DNA from: Fidelibacterota bacterium
GTDB lineage: Bacteria; Fidelibacterota; UBA8477; JABMPR01
Length of the DNA stretch: 64,000 bases
Assembly: GCA_024278595.1 (NCBI GenBank)
Contig: JAJRSW010000061.1
Span: 4,225-68,224, forward strand
Reading direction: 5' to 3'
The translations under genes and the position numbers were made by a program. This document shows, piece by piece, positions 8,246 through 18,014 of the stretch. The notes under the pieces are model-generated. The model worked only from the letters and a program-made list of their open reading frames with translations, was not told the origin of the DNA and did not search any database. Positions within the stretch are counted from its first letter, which is position 1. Each line of letters begins with the position of its first letter.

Positions 8246-10606
8246 ATGATCAAAAAAAATAATTTCAATCCGCCCAGTCCCGTTGAAAGTTACTTTCTCA
8301 AACGCTCCAAGCTGGATTTTCGCTATGCACCTGATGAGAAGATTCCCGTAGTTCAGGTAAACAATTTCCCGCTGTTGGGTCAATTGACGGCGCTGAGGTT
8401 TCTTGAGTGGGTGCAAAATAATCCTGAAGGCGTAACTTCCCTGCCCACTGGCAAGACACCGGAATACTTCATTCGTTATGTAGCACATTATCTGACGACC
8501 TGGGATACCCGCAAAACTCAAGCAATGCTTGAGCAGGTTGGAATTAGAAATAATGAAAAACCAAGTCTTCACGATCTGCAGTTTGTCCAGATCGATGAAT
8601 TCTTCCCGATTCCAAGCACCCAGCAGAACAGCTTTTATGACTATGTCATGAAATATTATATCAAGGGTTTTGGGATAAATGAAGATCGAGCCCAACTCAT
8701 TGATGCCGCCAGGATAGATTATCCGAAGGGCAAAACATTTCAAGAGATATTCCCGAATTTGGTGGTTGATCTGGGTTTACGTTTCAGCCAGCCAAAAAAC
8801 GGACAGGGGCGACTTCAAAAAGAAGCGATTGAACGAGTCGATGAATACTGTACAGAATATGAACGACGCATTCGCGCCAAGGGAGGCATTGGCTTCTTCC
8901 TGGGAGGGATCGGGCCGGATGGCCATATAGCCTTCAATGTGCGTGGTTCTGACTATTTTTCTACGACCCGCCTAACCCCTACAAATTTTGAAACTCAGGC
9001 TGCGGCAGCCGCTGATCTAGGGGGGATAGAGGTCTCCCAGAAACGGCTGGTGATCACCATTGGCCTGCAGACCATTACTTTCAATCCAGAAGCAACCGCT
9101 TTGATTTTTGCTGCCGGAGAAGCCAAGGCGGGGATAGTAGCCGCTGCTGTACAGGAAAAAGCGGCCAATATCCACCCAGCCGGTGTCCTGCACGCGATGC
9201 CCAATGCCCGGTTCTATATTACAGCCGGTGCAGCTGTGTTTCTCGATCGGCGTGAAGTTGAAGCAATGAATGCGGTTGCAGAAGTAGCTGAAAATTTGGT
9301 GGATCAGCACTTGATCACGCTCTCCATGCGCTCCCGGACTCCGATCCGGGAGATTTCAACCGAGCAGATAGCAGCTAAACAAGTTCCAGCCACAGCTTTG
9401 GCGCGTAGTCGAGACTCCCTGCCACATATCAAACAGCGTATCTTTGATGACCTGGTGGCAAAACTGGAGCGTGGTCTTGCCCCGGTTGAGGATGAGGTGT
9501 TTTTCCATACTGCCCCGCATCATGATGATATCATGTTGGGATACCTGGCCCATATCGTTCATCTCGTGCGAAATCCACGGAATAAGCACCATTTTGCCTA
9601 CATGACCAGCGGGTTCAATGCGGTCACCAATGAATTCGTTAAGGATCAGATCCAGCACGCCCTGGCCTACATGGAGACCGAGCAATTTCTACATTTAAAG
9701 GCTGAAAACTATTTTGATGCAGATTATGAAATGGGCGCTCAGCGGGATATCTATACCTATCTGGATGGGATCGCCAGTCATAGTACCGTGCATAAATACA
9801 AAGGATCCTCCAGGCGGTTGATCCGTAACCTGCTCATGCTTCACCCCCAACTGGATCTTGATTCACTCCCCCGAAAAATGCTCAGGATCATCGATTATTT
9901 AGATTCTCGGTATCCTGGTCAAAAAGATGACCCGCTGATGCAAAACTTAAAGGGACGGATTCGGGAGTGGGAAGCAGATCTGGTCTGGGCCAATTACGGG
10001 ACCTCCCTGGAAAATGTGCACCACCTGAGATTAGGTTTTTATAAGGGTGATATCTTTACTGAAGACCCAACCCTGGATCGAGATGTTCAACCAATTCTTG
10101 AATATATGGAACGGATCAAGCCTACTGTGGTCACCCTGGCGTTGGACCCGGAAGCCAGTGGTCCAGATACTCATTATAAGGTCATGCAGGCGATCGCTGC
10201 TGCTATCCGCCTTTACAAACAGAAATATCCTAAAGCAGCGTTGCGTGTGTGGGGTTATCGAAATGTCTGGTTTAAATTTCAGCCCACTGATGCCAATATA
10301 TTTGTGCCGGTCTCTGTGAATTCCATGGCCATCATGGAAGATACTTTTCGGCAATGCTTCCAATCTCAAGTCGATGCCCCCTTTCCCAGTTTTGAATACA
10401 ATGGACCCTTCTCCGGACTGGCTCAGGCCATTCAAGTTCAACAACACCAGGATCTGAAACGGGTCATGGGACGTGATTTCTGGTATGGTCACGATCATCC
10501 ACGTATCCGGGCTGCGCGAGGTCTGGTGTACTTGAAGGAAATGGACCTGGATGAATTCTTTACCCGGGTTACTGAATTACAGAAAGTGACTGAATCCCAG
10601 GGTTAA
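8246..10606 (+). CDS. nagB: Long-form glucosamine-6-phosphate deaminase: N-terminal NagB domain fused to a C-terminal LmbE/PIG-L-like (putative deacetylase) domain
   Basis: The N-terminus has LPTGKTP and GGIGPDGHIAFN, the NagB signatures. The C-terminal half has TAPHHDDIMLGYLAHI, which resembles the PIG-L AHPDDE motif. Length 786 aa. Confidence 0.7.
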   Translation: MIKKNNFNPPSPVESYFLKRSKLDFRYAPDEKIPVVQVNNFPLLGQLTALRFLEWVQNNPEGVTSLPTGKTPEYFIRYVAHYLTTWDTRKTQAMLEQVGIRNNEKPSLHDLQFVQIDEFFPIPSTQQNSFYDYVMKYYIKGFGINEDRAQLIDAARIDYPKGKTFQEIFPNLVVDLGLRFSQPKNGQGRLQKEAIERVDEYCTEYERRIRAKGGIGFFLGGIGPDGHIAFNVRGSDYFSTTRLTPTNFETQAAAAADLGGIEVSQKRLVITIGLQTITFNPEATALIFAAGEAKAGIVAAAVQEKAANIHPAGVLHAMPNARFYITAGAAVFLDRREVEAMNAVAEVAENLVDQHLITLSMRSRTPIREISTEQIAAKQVPATALARSRDSLPHIKQRIFDDLVAKLERGLAPVEDEVFFHTAPHHDDIMLGYLAHIVHLVRNPRNKHHFAYMTSGFNAVTNEFVKDQIQHALAYMETEQFLHLKAENYFDADYEMGAQRDIYTYLDGIASHSTVHKYKGSSRRLIRNLLMLHPQLDLDSLPRKMLRIIDYLDSRYPGQKDDPLMQNLKGRIREWEADLVWANYGTSLENVHHLRLGFYKGDIFTEDPTLDRDVQPILEYMERIKPTVVTLALDPEASGPDTHYKVMQAIAAAIRLYKQKYPKAALRVWGYRNVWFKFQPTDANIFVPVSVNSMAIMEDTFRQCFQSQVDAPFPSFEYNGPFSGLAQAIQVQQHQDLKRVMGRDFWYGHDHPRIRAARGLVYLKEMDLDEFFTRVTELQKVTESQG

Positions 10607-10702
10607 CTTCACGATCAGGCCCAGTTGCCAATTGTCTGATACCATTTGAAGAATAGATCGTGTGAAACACAGCCCGGCAGGTGGGCAACTGAGAACTCGA
10701 AT

Positions 10703-11245
10703 TTATTGCATTACTTTAAGCTGTGCTTTATAGGTGTTTCTGAACCCCAGAAAAACCTCATCGTATTGCCCTGATCTGAAATCCGGGAAGGTGTTGTCAA
10801 CTGATTGAAATTTACCATTTTCAAAGATAAGGGTCAGATCAGCATAGATCCCCTGATCCAGGTAGATCTTCTGCCCATTGTATTTGGCTGAAGCCAGGAT
10901 CATTTTGTGAAAATCCAGATACCCCACATCTAAATTCACCTTGCGGGAACCCTCTACCCGCAACCCCTCTTCAATCCTATTGCAGAGGACCTTTAACCGG
11001 GCCAACTCGCCAGGGCTCATCAAGGTTTCAAAACTAATGAACCGCCGAAAGATGGGCCTACCCATTTCACCATCATAGTAGCGGGTTGTCGTAAACGGAA
11101 ATGCTTCACTCCGGGCATCGACCTCGCCGATCTCTGATCTGCAGGATGTCTCCGCCTGTTTTAGGATATCTCTATTAGAGAATAAAACCCCAATGAAGTA
11201 TTTTACCGGTTGAGGTGCCTCAGCTTTCATATTTATTCCTCTCAC
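10703..11245 (-). CDS. Hypothetical protein (DUF4416-like?)
   Basis: 180-aa ORF with coding-like composition; no motif was confidently recognised. Confidence 0.4.
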   Translation of the reverse strand: MRGINMKAEAPQPVKYFIGVLFSNRDILKQAETSCRSEIGEVDARSEAFPFTTTRYYDGEMGRPIFRRFISFETLMSPGELARLKVLCNRIEEGLRVEGSRKVNLDVGYLDFHKMILASAKYNGQKIYLDQGIYADLTLIFENGKFQSVDNTFPDFRSGQYDEVFLGFRNTYKAQLKVMQ

Positions 11246-11335
11246 AGAATATTAAGGGAGTCAAATTTAGACACGAATTGCCCAAATTAGCATAAATATA
11301 GCGCTACTATCACCAAGGAGTAGTGCTCAGGTCGT

Positions 11336-12193
11336 TTATTTCGCACAATTCGAGTCGCAGCGATTCTTGCCACTTAGCCGGAGAATATGTCGGGCTTCTT
11401 CGACCTTTTCCAGAGGAATCCCAAAGCGCTCTCGAATCAGGATCTCGGCCCGGTTCAGTTCACGCTGTTTTTCGATTTGAGTTGGACTGGTGATCTTGAT
11501 AAAAGCTCCTTGAATGAAGGTCATCTCATAACCACTGACTCGGGTCAACGTGATCTCTGCCATACCGGGTAGCTCGAATGATGCCTGCCAGTATTGAGCA
11601 AAATCTGAATAGAGGATAGTCCGATCCTCAAACAGATATCGTCGGGTATACTGTCCCTTACGGAAGGTGTATAAGGCATAGCTTTCAGTCTCAACCAGAA
11701 AACGCAGCTCAAGTCCTGTTTCAGTTGAAAGTTGAGTTTGGACAGTCCCCTTAGTTAAGGGCAGGGGGGTAAAGATCAGATACCCCGGATCCACTAAAAA
11801 GCGTTGACCGGCAAAGGTGATTCTCACCGCAGAATGATTGTTGGTGCCCCAATTCAAATTGCAGATCAAGGGTTGGGCGTCATAACCCAGAATAGTGTAT
11901 ATACTGGTGAGGAAATAGGTGAGCGAGAAACAGGTGCCCCCCAGATGCCAGGCATAATGATCTTCGGTTAATTCCTGGGGCAGACGAAACAGGGTCTGAT
12001 CAGCTTGCCCTCCATGTTTGATGATCTTGCTAATATTCTCGTACGGAAGGCGGCTAAAGTACTGGGAAACAGCCCTGATGTGTTCCAGTGAGGGCTTGGC
12101 GCCTTCAAAGCGAAATTCTTTCAGGAAATGGAGAGTTTCCTGTTCAAAATTGGCCGGGTCAGGAAGATGCGGACTTGTCGAATCAACTGGCAT
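11336..12193 (-). CDS. Arylamine N-acetyltransferase (NAT) family protein
   Basis: RLPYENISKI matches the PFENL motif and WHLGGTCFSLTYFL matches the catalytic Cys motif GGYCFELN of NAT. The predicted start MPVDSTS gives ~286 aa. The ORF-track N-terminal extension to 12484 crosses a palindrome and is probably not coding. Confidence 0.65.
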   Translation of the reverse strand: MPVDSTSPHLPDPANFEQETLHFLKEFRFEGAKPSLEHIRAVSQYFSRLPYENISKIIKHGGQADQTLFRLPQELTEDHYAWHLGGTCFSLTYFLTSIYTILGYDAQPLICNLNWGTNNHSAVRITFAGQRFLVDPGYLIFTPLPLTKGTVQTQLSTETGLELRFLVETESYALYTFRKGQYTRRYLFEDRTILYSDFAQYWQASFELPGMAEITLTRVSGYEMTFIQGAFIKITSPTQIEKQRELNRAEILIRERFGIPLEKVEEARHILRLSGKNRCDSNCAK

Positions 12194-12666
12194 GTCGCAA
12201 AATGTTATGGTTCCTGGCTCCAAACAAGGGCAGAGTGCTAACCAGCATATTTCATGAGGAAGCACAATCTGGCTGGTTATTTTAACCTCTGACTGCGTTG
12301 TTCGGATTAAATCCGTCCTTCCCGACAAGCTTGTCGGGATCATGCAGGCCGCTTGCGGAGATTTATCCTCGCGCCTTGTCAGAAAATAAAATTCCTGCGC
12401 CAGAATGAAGTCGAGTACAAAGAGTGTTTTCTTGAAATTTCTATAACCCGGTATAGATACAATAGTATATAACCTCTTTTGCACACCCTCATGAAATATG
12501 CGGGCTAAACCTTTTGGAGTTCCAGTACTCAGACTATATTAGAATCCTGATAGAAAAAACGGATGATCAATTTGGAAGCAGTGTTAAAACGAAACAATAA
12601 GGCGCATATTGATCTTGAACTTGCCGAAAATTGGTTAACTGAAAAAAAATAGAAAGCAGCCCGATT

Positions 12667-13821
12667 ATGATAACTGCCCCCATACTGATCAGTTTTTATT
12701 TCAGCATGCCAGTGGTCATTCTCTGGCTTTGTCACCGCTATCCCCTGGTGGATAAGATCGGTGCTGTAATCATGGCCTATTTTTTCGGAATTCTCTTGGG
12801 GAATAGCGGCCTCTTGGCGCCTGGAACAGTTGAATTACAAGATACCCTCAGTGGCGTAACAGTTGCCCTGGCTTTACCTATTTTACTGTTTTCACTGGAT
12901 GTCCGCGCCTGGTTGAATTCCGCTGGCAAAGCGATCCTCTCCATGCTGGGTGCTACGGTTCTGGTGGTTGGCGTGGCTGGCTTTGGTGCCTGGCTGATTC
13001 GCTATAGTGTTGCAGAAGCCTGGCAATTCGGGGGGATGGCGATTGGATTATATACCGGTGGCACCCCCAATCTGGCCGCCATTAAAACAGCCCTGAACGT
13101 GGATTCCACCCGATTCATTATGATGCATACCTATGATGCTGTAAATGGTATTATCTATCTTTTGTTTGTCATGAGCGTGGGGCAGCGTGTCTTTAATCGT
13201 TTCCTGCCAAAATTTCAAGCAACCGGGATTGTGATGAAGGGCAGTGGTGAAAATGAAGATATTAATAGTTATGTTGGCATTTTCCGGAAACAGATCGTGT
13301 TGGGACTGCTGGCTGCCCTGGGGCTTTCGCTCCTGATCCTGGGGATCAGTTTTGGACTCTCTCAACTGATACCTCAAGAATTCTCAACAGCAGTCATCAT
13401 GCTGATGATCACCAGCCTGGGGATTGCCGGTTCCTTCAGCGAAAAGATTCGGACGATCCCCAAGACCTTTCAATTCGGTATGTACATCATCCTGGTTTTC
13501 AGCCTCATTGTGGGATCCATGGCCAACCTGGAGCAACTGGTTAATATCAACTGGTCCCTGATGTTCTTCGTGAATTTTGTAGTTTTTGGCACCATGGCAT
13601 TCCATGCTGTATTTTGTAAAATATTTAAGATCGATACGGATACCTTCCTGATCACTTCAGTAGCTGCGGTCTGTTCTCCACCCTTTGTCCCAGTGGTTGC
13701 CAAGGCGCTTAACAACAAAGAGGTGATCCTCTCCGGGCTTACCACAGGCATTATTGGTTACGCGATTGGTAATTATCTGGGGATTGCTTTTGCCTATGTG
13801 TTTAGAGCCTTTCTCTACTAA
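12667..13821 (+). CDS. Polytopic integral membrane protein (DUF819-like), function unknown
   Basis: 384 aa with about ten hydrophobic helices. The start has an upstream purine-rich stretch. Confidence 0.55.
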   Translation: MITAPILISFYFSMPVVILWLCHRYPLVDKIGAVIMAYFFGILLGNSGLLAPGTVELQDTLSGVTVALALPILLFSLDVRAWLNSAGKAILSMLGATVLVVGVAGFGAWLIRYSVAEAWQFGGMAIGLYTGGTPNLAAIKTALNVDSTRFIMMHTYDAVNGIIYLLFVMSVGQRVFNRFLPKFQATGIVMKGSGENEDINSYVGIFRKQIVLGLLAALGLSLLILGISFGLSQLIPQEFSTAVIMLMITSLGIAGSFSEKIRTIPKTFQFGMYIILVFSLIVGSMANLEQLVNINWSLMFFVNFVVFGTMAFHAVFCKIFKIDTDTFLITSVAAVCSPPFVPVVAKALNNKEVILSGLTTGIIGYAIGNYLGIAFAYVFRAFLY

Positions 13822-13829
13822 GGAGTGCT

Positions 13830-14453
13830 ATGAAAACTATTATTATCGGGATTGCCGGTGGTACCGGATCAGGTAAAACAAGCATCGCAAAAAACATCAC
13901 CAAAGCTTATAAAAAAGGGGAGGTGTTGCGTCTGGATCTGGATTCCTACTATCGGGATCTTTCCGAGATGACCCGGAAAGAGCGATCAGGGGTGAATTTT
14001 GATCATCCGGCCTCGCTGGAGATCGACCTGTTGGTTCAACATGTTGAGGAACTATGCAGCGGCCGAACCGTTCAAATCCCCATCTATAATTTCGCCACCC
14101 ATAACCGCTCCCGGGAAACCCAAAAAGTTGAGCCCCATAGAGTTATCATAATTGAGGGGATCCTGGCCCTTAGCTTCCCTGAATTAACGCAGAAGATGGA
14201 TCTAAAACTATATGTAGATACCCCTTCTGATATTCGTTTTATCAGACGCCTGAAGCGGGATATCATGGAGCGAGGGCGATCCGTGGATTCGGTGATTGAA
14301 CAATACCGGGAGACCGTGCGTCCCATGCACGCTCAATTTGTTGAACCCAATAAATTTCAGGCAGATGTGATCATCCCTGAAGGCGGGATGAATCTGGTTG
14401 CCATAGATCTGATCAAGGCCAAAATAAATGCGGTACTGGAAAAAAAGCAGTGA
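13830..14453 (+). CDS. udk: Uridine kinase
   Basis: IIGIAGGTGSGKTS P-loop and full-length similarity to Udk (207 aa). Confidence 0.9.
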   Translation: MKTIIIGIAGGTGSGKTSIAKNITKAYKKGEVLRLDLDSYYRDLSEMTRKERSGVNFDHPASLEIDLLVQHVEELCSGRTVQIPIYNFATHNRSRETQKVEPHRVIIIEGILALSFPELTQKMDLKLYVDTPSDIRFIRRLKRDIMERGRSVDSVIEQYRETVRPMHAQFVEPNKFQADVIIPEGGMNLVAIDLIKAKINAVLEKKQ

Positions 14454-14678
14454 GCAAGTCAAGACCATGTCGGGTTCTGTAGAACTTTTACTGAGCTATG
14501 TCCCGAGTGAAGGAACCCCCAAGCCCTTTTATCAAAAATCAGACATTGTTGAAGCCGGCGTAGTGGAAGCAAGTGAGATCATCACGAGTTTAAGGCTGCA
14601 GTAATAATGCAAATAAAAGGTCTCCCCAGTTGTTTTTCGGTGGAATCAGGCAGATAGAAAACTATACTAAGCCAAATT

Positions 14679-15851
14679 ATGAGATATACATATTACAAGG
14701 ACCCGCAAAACCCCACCAGGATCAGTGGTAATTTTCTAAAGATTCTGCTCATGACCCTTATTCTGGTTGTGATCGTGATTTGGGTGGTGCTGTGGAACTC
14801 TGCCAATACCTATCAACCGGAACTCATGTCGGAGCAAGCCTTCTATGAAGGGTATTTCACCCTGAATACGCGGTTGGATCAGACCTTGACCAGGCGTTTC
14901 CCCGGTTTGGAGTTCGTTGAGGGGCGGCTGAGTGACGATGGGATCGGAACGCGGACATTCAAGATCCGGGATGCTAAGCAGATTCGGGCTTCAGATATTA
15001 AAAAGCTCCTGGAAAACACGCTGGGAGGTTTTGGATTTCAAGTTAGGCAAACTGTGGAAACCAATGATCGCTGGGAGTTTCAAGTTGGCAGTGATTCTAC
15101 GGTATGGTCCGTTTACCGTTTTGAATATCCAGCCAAGCAGGCGCCGGCCACATCAATTTTACCAGCCGATATTGCCCGGGTCAGCAAGCGGCCTCAGATC
15201 GTAGTTATCATCGATGATTTCGGGTATTCAATGAATGAAACGATCAATGGCTTTATTGCCATGAAAGAAACATTCACCGCCGCTGTCATACCGGGGCGGC
15301 CTTATTCAACACAGGTGGATGAACGCCTGAACAATCGTAAGATCCAAACCCTGATCCACATGCCCATGATTACTGTAAATAATACCACCAGTGAACCGGA
15401 TTACGTCTTGTCAGATGAATTAAGTGATGGTGAGATCCAACGCCGGTTGAAAAAAGCCCACAAGGAGGTTCCCAAAGCAACCGGGATGAATAATCATCAA
15501 GGGAGCGGAGGAACTCAAAGTCACAAAGTCATGAGAGGTGTTACTGACTTTTTGACTGAGCGCAAGATGTTCTTTATCGATAGTCGAACTATTGCAGCCT
15601 CCGTCGCAGAAACCGTCGCCAGAGAGCAAGATATCCCCACCAACAGCAGGGACGTATTTATAGACGAGGTAGATGATCCCGAGGCAATTGCCGGTGAATT
15701 ATTCCGACTGGCCCGCCTGGCAAAAAAGCGGGGAGAAGCCATTGGGATCGGACACTGTCGACCGAATACCCTGGCCACACTGAAAAAATATTTACCGGCT
15801 TTGGCTGAGGCGGGGTTTGACCTGGTGCCAGCTTCGAAATTAGCCCGGTAA
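14679..15851 (+). CDS. Divergent polysaccharide deacetylase (YibQ/DUF610 family) with an N-terminal TM/periplasmic extension
   Basis: The C-terminal 250 aa (IVVIIDDFGYS..., HMPM, NNHQGSGGTQ) match the YibQ family. There is an N-terminal TM helix. Confidence 0.7.
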   Translation: MRYTYYKDPQNPTRISGNFLKILLMTLILVVIVIWVVLWNSANTYQPELMSEQAFYEGYFTLNTRLDQTLTRRFPGLEFVEGRLSDDGIGTRTFKIRDAKQIRASDIKKLLENTLGGFGFQVRQTVETNDRWEFQVGSDSTVWSVYRFEYPAKQAPATSILPADIARVSKRPQIVVIIDDFGYSMNETINGFIAMKETFTAAVIPGRPYSTQVDERLNNRKIQTLIHMPMITVNNTTSEPDYVLSDELSDGEIQRRLKKAHKEVPKATGMNNHQGSGGTQSHKVMRGVTDFLTERKMFFIDSRTIAASVAETVAREQDIPTNSRDVFIDEVDDPEAIAGELFRLARLAKKRGEAIGIGHCRPNTLATLKKYLPALAEAGFDLVPASKLAR

Positions 15852-15884
15852 CCACCAATTATTTTTTAATATTGAGGATTAATT

Positions 15885-16571
15885 ATGGCTCAAATGGAAC
15901 TTAACCTAGATGCTTTCTTGGAAGCTGGACAGCAACTTAAACTGGCCGGCCTGGGCTTGCCTGGTATTGTAACTATTGCCGGACTATCAGGGGTGGATGG
16001 TTTTAGCCTGAGCTATGATGGCCGTTCGCAATCCTTTACCGAAAAGGACCTGGAACTGGCCGTTGCTTCAGCCATGGATATTCGTTTCGCCTTGAGGATA
16101 GCGCCCAGAGCAGAATTGCTGCAAGTCGCTTTAAATCTGCCGGTTAAACAGGTCACTTTTGTAGCTGATAACATCTTTGAGGATTATAGTGCTGACCTGG
16201 AAACTTTTATTCCCCAGCTCAAAGATGCCGGTAAAATGATCTCGTTTTACCTTGATCCAGACATTACACTCCTGAAAAAAGCCTATCGCATTAGCGCGGA
16301 CCTGGTGGAATTGAATGTTCGGCATTATTCGGGAAACAGCAGTGCCACCGGCCAGGTTGAAGCCCAGGAACAGGTTGCCCTCATGTCCCGCACAGCTGAG
16401 AAGAACGGTATTGGCGTGGCGGTAAATGGCGGGATCACTTATCAGAATGTGTTGCCGCTGATCAGTATTGAAGCTGTTGAGAATGTGATCGTTGGACGGA
16501 CTATTCTGGGACGCTCAGTTTTTGTAGGACTGGAGGCTGCCATTCGCGACTTCAAGTCCCAGGTGGCATGA
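15885..16571 (+). CDS. PdxJ-like (pyridoxine 5'-phosphate synthase fold) protein, divergent at catalytic positions
   Basis: The C-terminus GVAVNGGITYQNVLPLISIEAVENVIVGRTILGRSVFVGLEAAIRDF aligns with PdxJ GLKVNAGHGLTYHNV...IGHAIIGRAVMTGL. From memory of E. coli PdxJ, the N-terminal DH...R and HLREDRRH catalytic motifs appear replaced. Confidence 0.5.
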   Translation: MAQMELNLDAFLEAGQQLKLAGLGLPGIVTIAGLSGVDGFSLSYDGRSQSFTEKDLELAVASAMDIRFALRIAPRAELLQVALNLPVKQVTFVADNIFEDYSADLETFIPQLKDAGKMISFYLDPDITLLKKAYRISADLVELNVRHYSGNSSATGQVEAQEQVALMSRTAEKNGIGVAVNGGITYQNVLPLISIEAVENVIVGRTILGRSVFVGLEAAIRDFKSQVA

Positions 16572-17554
16572 ATCAGCTAATCACCCGGGTCGATCGTTCT
16601 GGTCGGCTGGAAAGTGTTCATGCGGGCTATGGGGTGATCACTGATGCTGCTGGTCAGATCATCAGATCCTATGGTGATCCGCAGTATCCAACCTATGTAA
16701 GATCCTCAGCAAAACCGATCCAGGCCATGGCCGTTTTGCGGTCTGGTGCCTATCATGATTTCGGGTTTACGCCTGAAGAACTGGCCGTTATCTGTTCCTC
16801 CCATAGCGGTGAGGAAATTCACACAGACAGGGTTGCCCAGGTCTTTAATAAAGCCGGGCTCGGTCCTGATCTCCTGGCTTGCGGAATACATCCACCCATC
16901 GATAAAAAGAGTGCCCAACAATTGGTTAGCGATGGCGTTGAACCCTGGGAGATCCATAATAATTGTTCAGGTAAGCATGCTGGTATGTTATCGACCTGTG
17001 CTCAACTCGGTTACGAACCCCAAAATTACCTGGATCCTGATCATCCGGTTCAAAACTACATCTATGAGGTGGTCAAGGAGTACACATCGGAAGCAGCTAT
17101 TCATCGGGGTGTGGATGGTTGTTCAGCACCGGTTTTTTATCTACCGCTGGCCAAGATCGCCCTGGCTTTTGCCCGTATCAGTCTCCGCAAGACTCAAGAA
17201 TGCCAACAGGTCTTTGATGCCATGACCACCTATCCATACCTGGTTGGTGGAAATGGTCGGCTTGATACTGTTTTAATGCAAAGTTATCCTGACAGGATCA
17301 TGTCCAAGGGTGGGGCTGAGGCAGTTTCTGCAGCCGGTTTCAGGATGCCTGATGGTCAGGTCTATGGCCTGGCAGTCAAAGTGCTGGATGGTAATTATCG
17401 GGCAATTGGTCAAATGGTATTAAAGATGCTGGAAGATGTTGGATTTCTTCAGGAGCCCCTTCCTGACCCGTTGAATAGATGGTGGACCCCTGAATTGAAA
17501 AACCACGCCAGGCATATTGTCGGGACGACTTGCACAGAGATCATCGAAGAATAA
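16568..17554 (+). CDS. L-asparaginase II family protein (Asparaginase_II, PF06089)
   Basis: The NNCSGKHAGML motif and the SSAKPIQAMA and HSGEE segments are typical of the family. The start overlaps the upstream stop (ATGA). Confidence 0.75.
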   Translation: MNQLITRVDRSGRLESVHAGYGVITDAAGQIIRSYGDPQYPTYVRSSAKPIQAMAVLRSGAYHDFGFTPEELAVICSSHSGEEIHTDRVAQVFNKAGLGPDLLACGIHPPIDKKSAQQLVSDGVEPWEIHNNCSGKHAGMLSTCAQLGYEPQNYLDPDHPVQNYIYEVVKEYTSEAAIHRGVDGCSAPVFYLPLAKIALAFARISLRKTQECQQVFDAMTTYPYLVGGNGRLDTVLMQSYPDRIMSKGGAEAVSAAGFRMPDGQVYGLAVKVLDGNYRAIGQMVLKMLEDVGFLQEPLPDPLNRWWTPELKNHARHIVGTTCTEIIEE

Positions 17555-17568
17555 AGGATTTATGGAAT

Positions 17569-17997
17569 ATGGTAGAGAATAGAACTTCCTGGGATAATTA
17601 TTTCATGCAGATCGCTGAGGATGTCTCGACCCGATCGACCTGCGACCGGAAATATGTGGGTGCTGTGATCGTCCGGGAGAAGATGATCCTGTCCACCGGT
17701 TACAATGGATCCATTCGTGGTTTACCCCATTGTGATGAGGTGGGTCATGAAATGGAGGGTGGACACTGTGTCCGGACCGTTCATGCTGAAGCAAATGCCA
17801 TCGTTCAAGCTGCCCGCAATGGTGTGACCATTGCAGAATCTGATATTTATGTAACCGCTAGTCCCTGTTACAACTGTTTTAAACTGATCGCCAACGCTGG
17901 TATCAAACGCATTTTTTATGGTGAATTATACCGTGATGAGCGGATAAAATCCCACGCCAAAGAAGCCGGGATCGAACTGATCCATCTGACTGAATAG
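17569..17997 (+). CDS. comEB: dCMP deaminase (cytidine/deoxycytidylate deaminase family)
   Basis: HAEANAI and PCYNCFKLIANAGIKRIFY zinc-binding motifs. An AAGGA sequence lies ~10 nt upstream of the ATG at 17569. Confidence 0.85.
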   Translation: MVENRTSWDNYFMQIAEDVSTRSTCDRKYVGAVIVREKMILSTGYNGSIRGLPHCDEVGHEMEGGHCVRTVHAEANAIVQAARNGVTIAESDIYVTASPCYNCFKLIANAGIKRIFYGELYRDERIKSHAKEAGIELIHLTE

Positions 17998-18014
17998 AAC
18001 CCCACCAACAGGAG

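Noticed and set aside
8195-8743. 182-aa minus-strand ORF
   Set aside because: It lies entirely antisense to, and overlaps, the well-supported NagB-fusion gene start. It has no recognisable motif and Cys/Ile-rich, junk-like composition.
12194-12484. N-terminal 97-aa extension of the NAT ORF in the ORF track (start at 12484)
   Set aside because: NAT homology begins at the internal Met (12193). The extension spans a perfect 16-bp palindrome and has no homology. It is more likely 5' UTR or a regulatory region.
14480-14617. 45-aa ORF (MSGSVELLLSYVPSEGTPKPFYQKSDIVEAGVVEASEIITSLRLQ) in the udk-yibQ intergenic region
   Set aside because: It is short, has no Shine-Dalgarno site or homology, and is probably non-coding.
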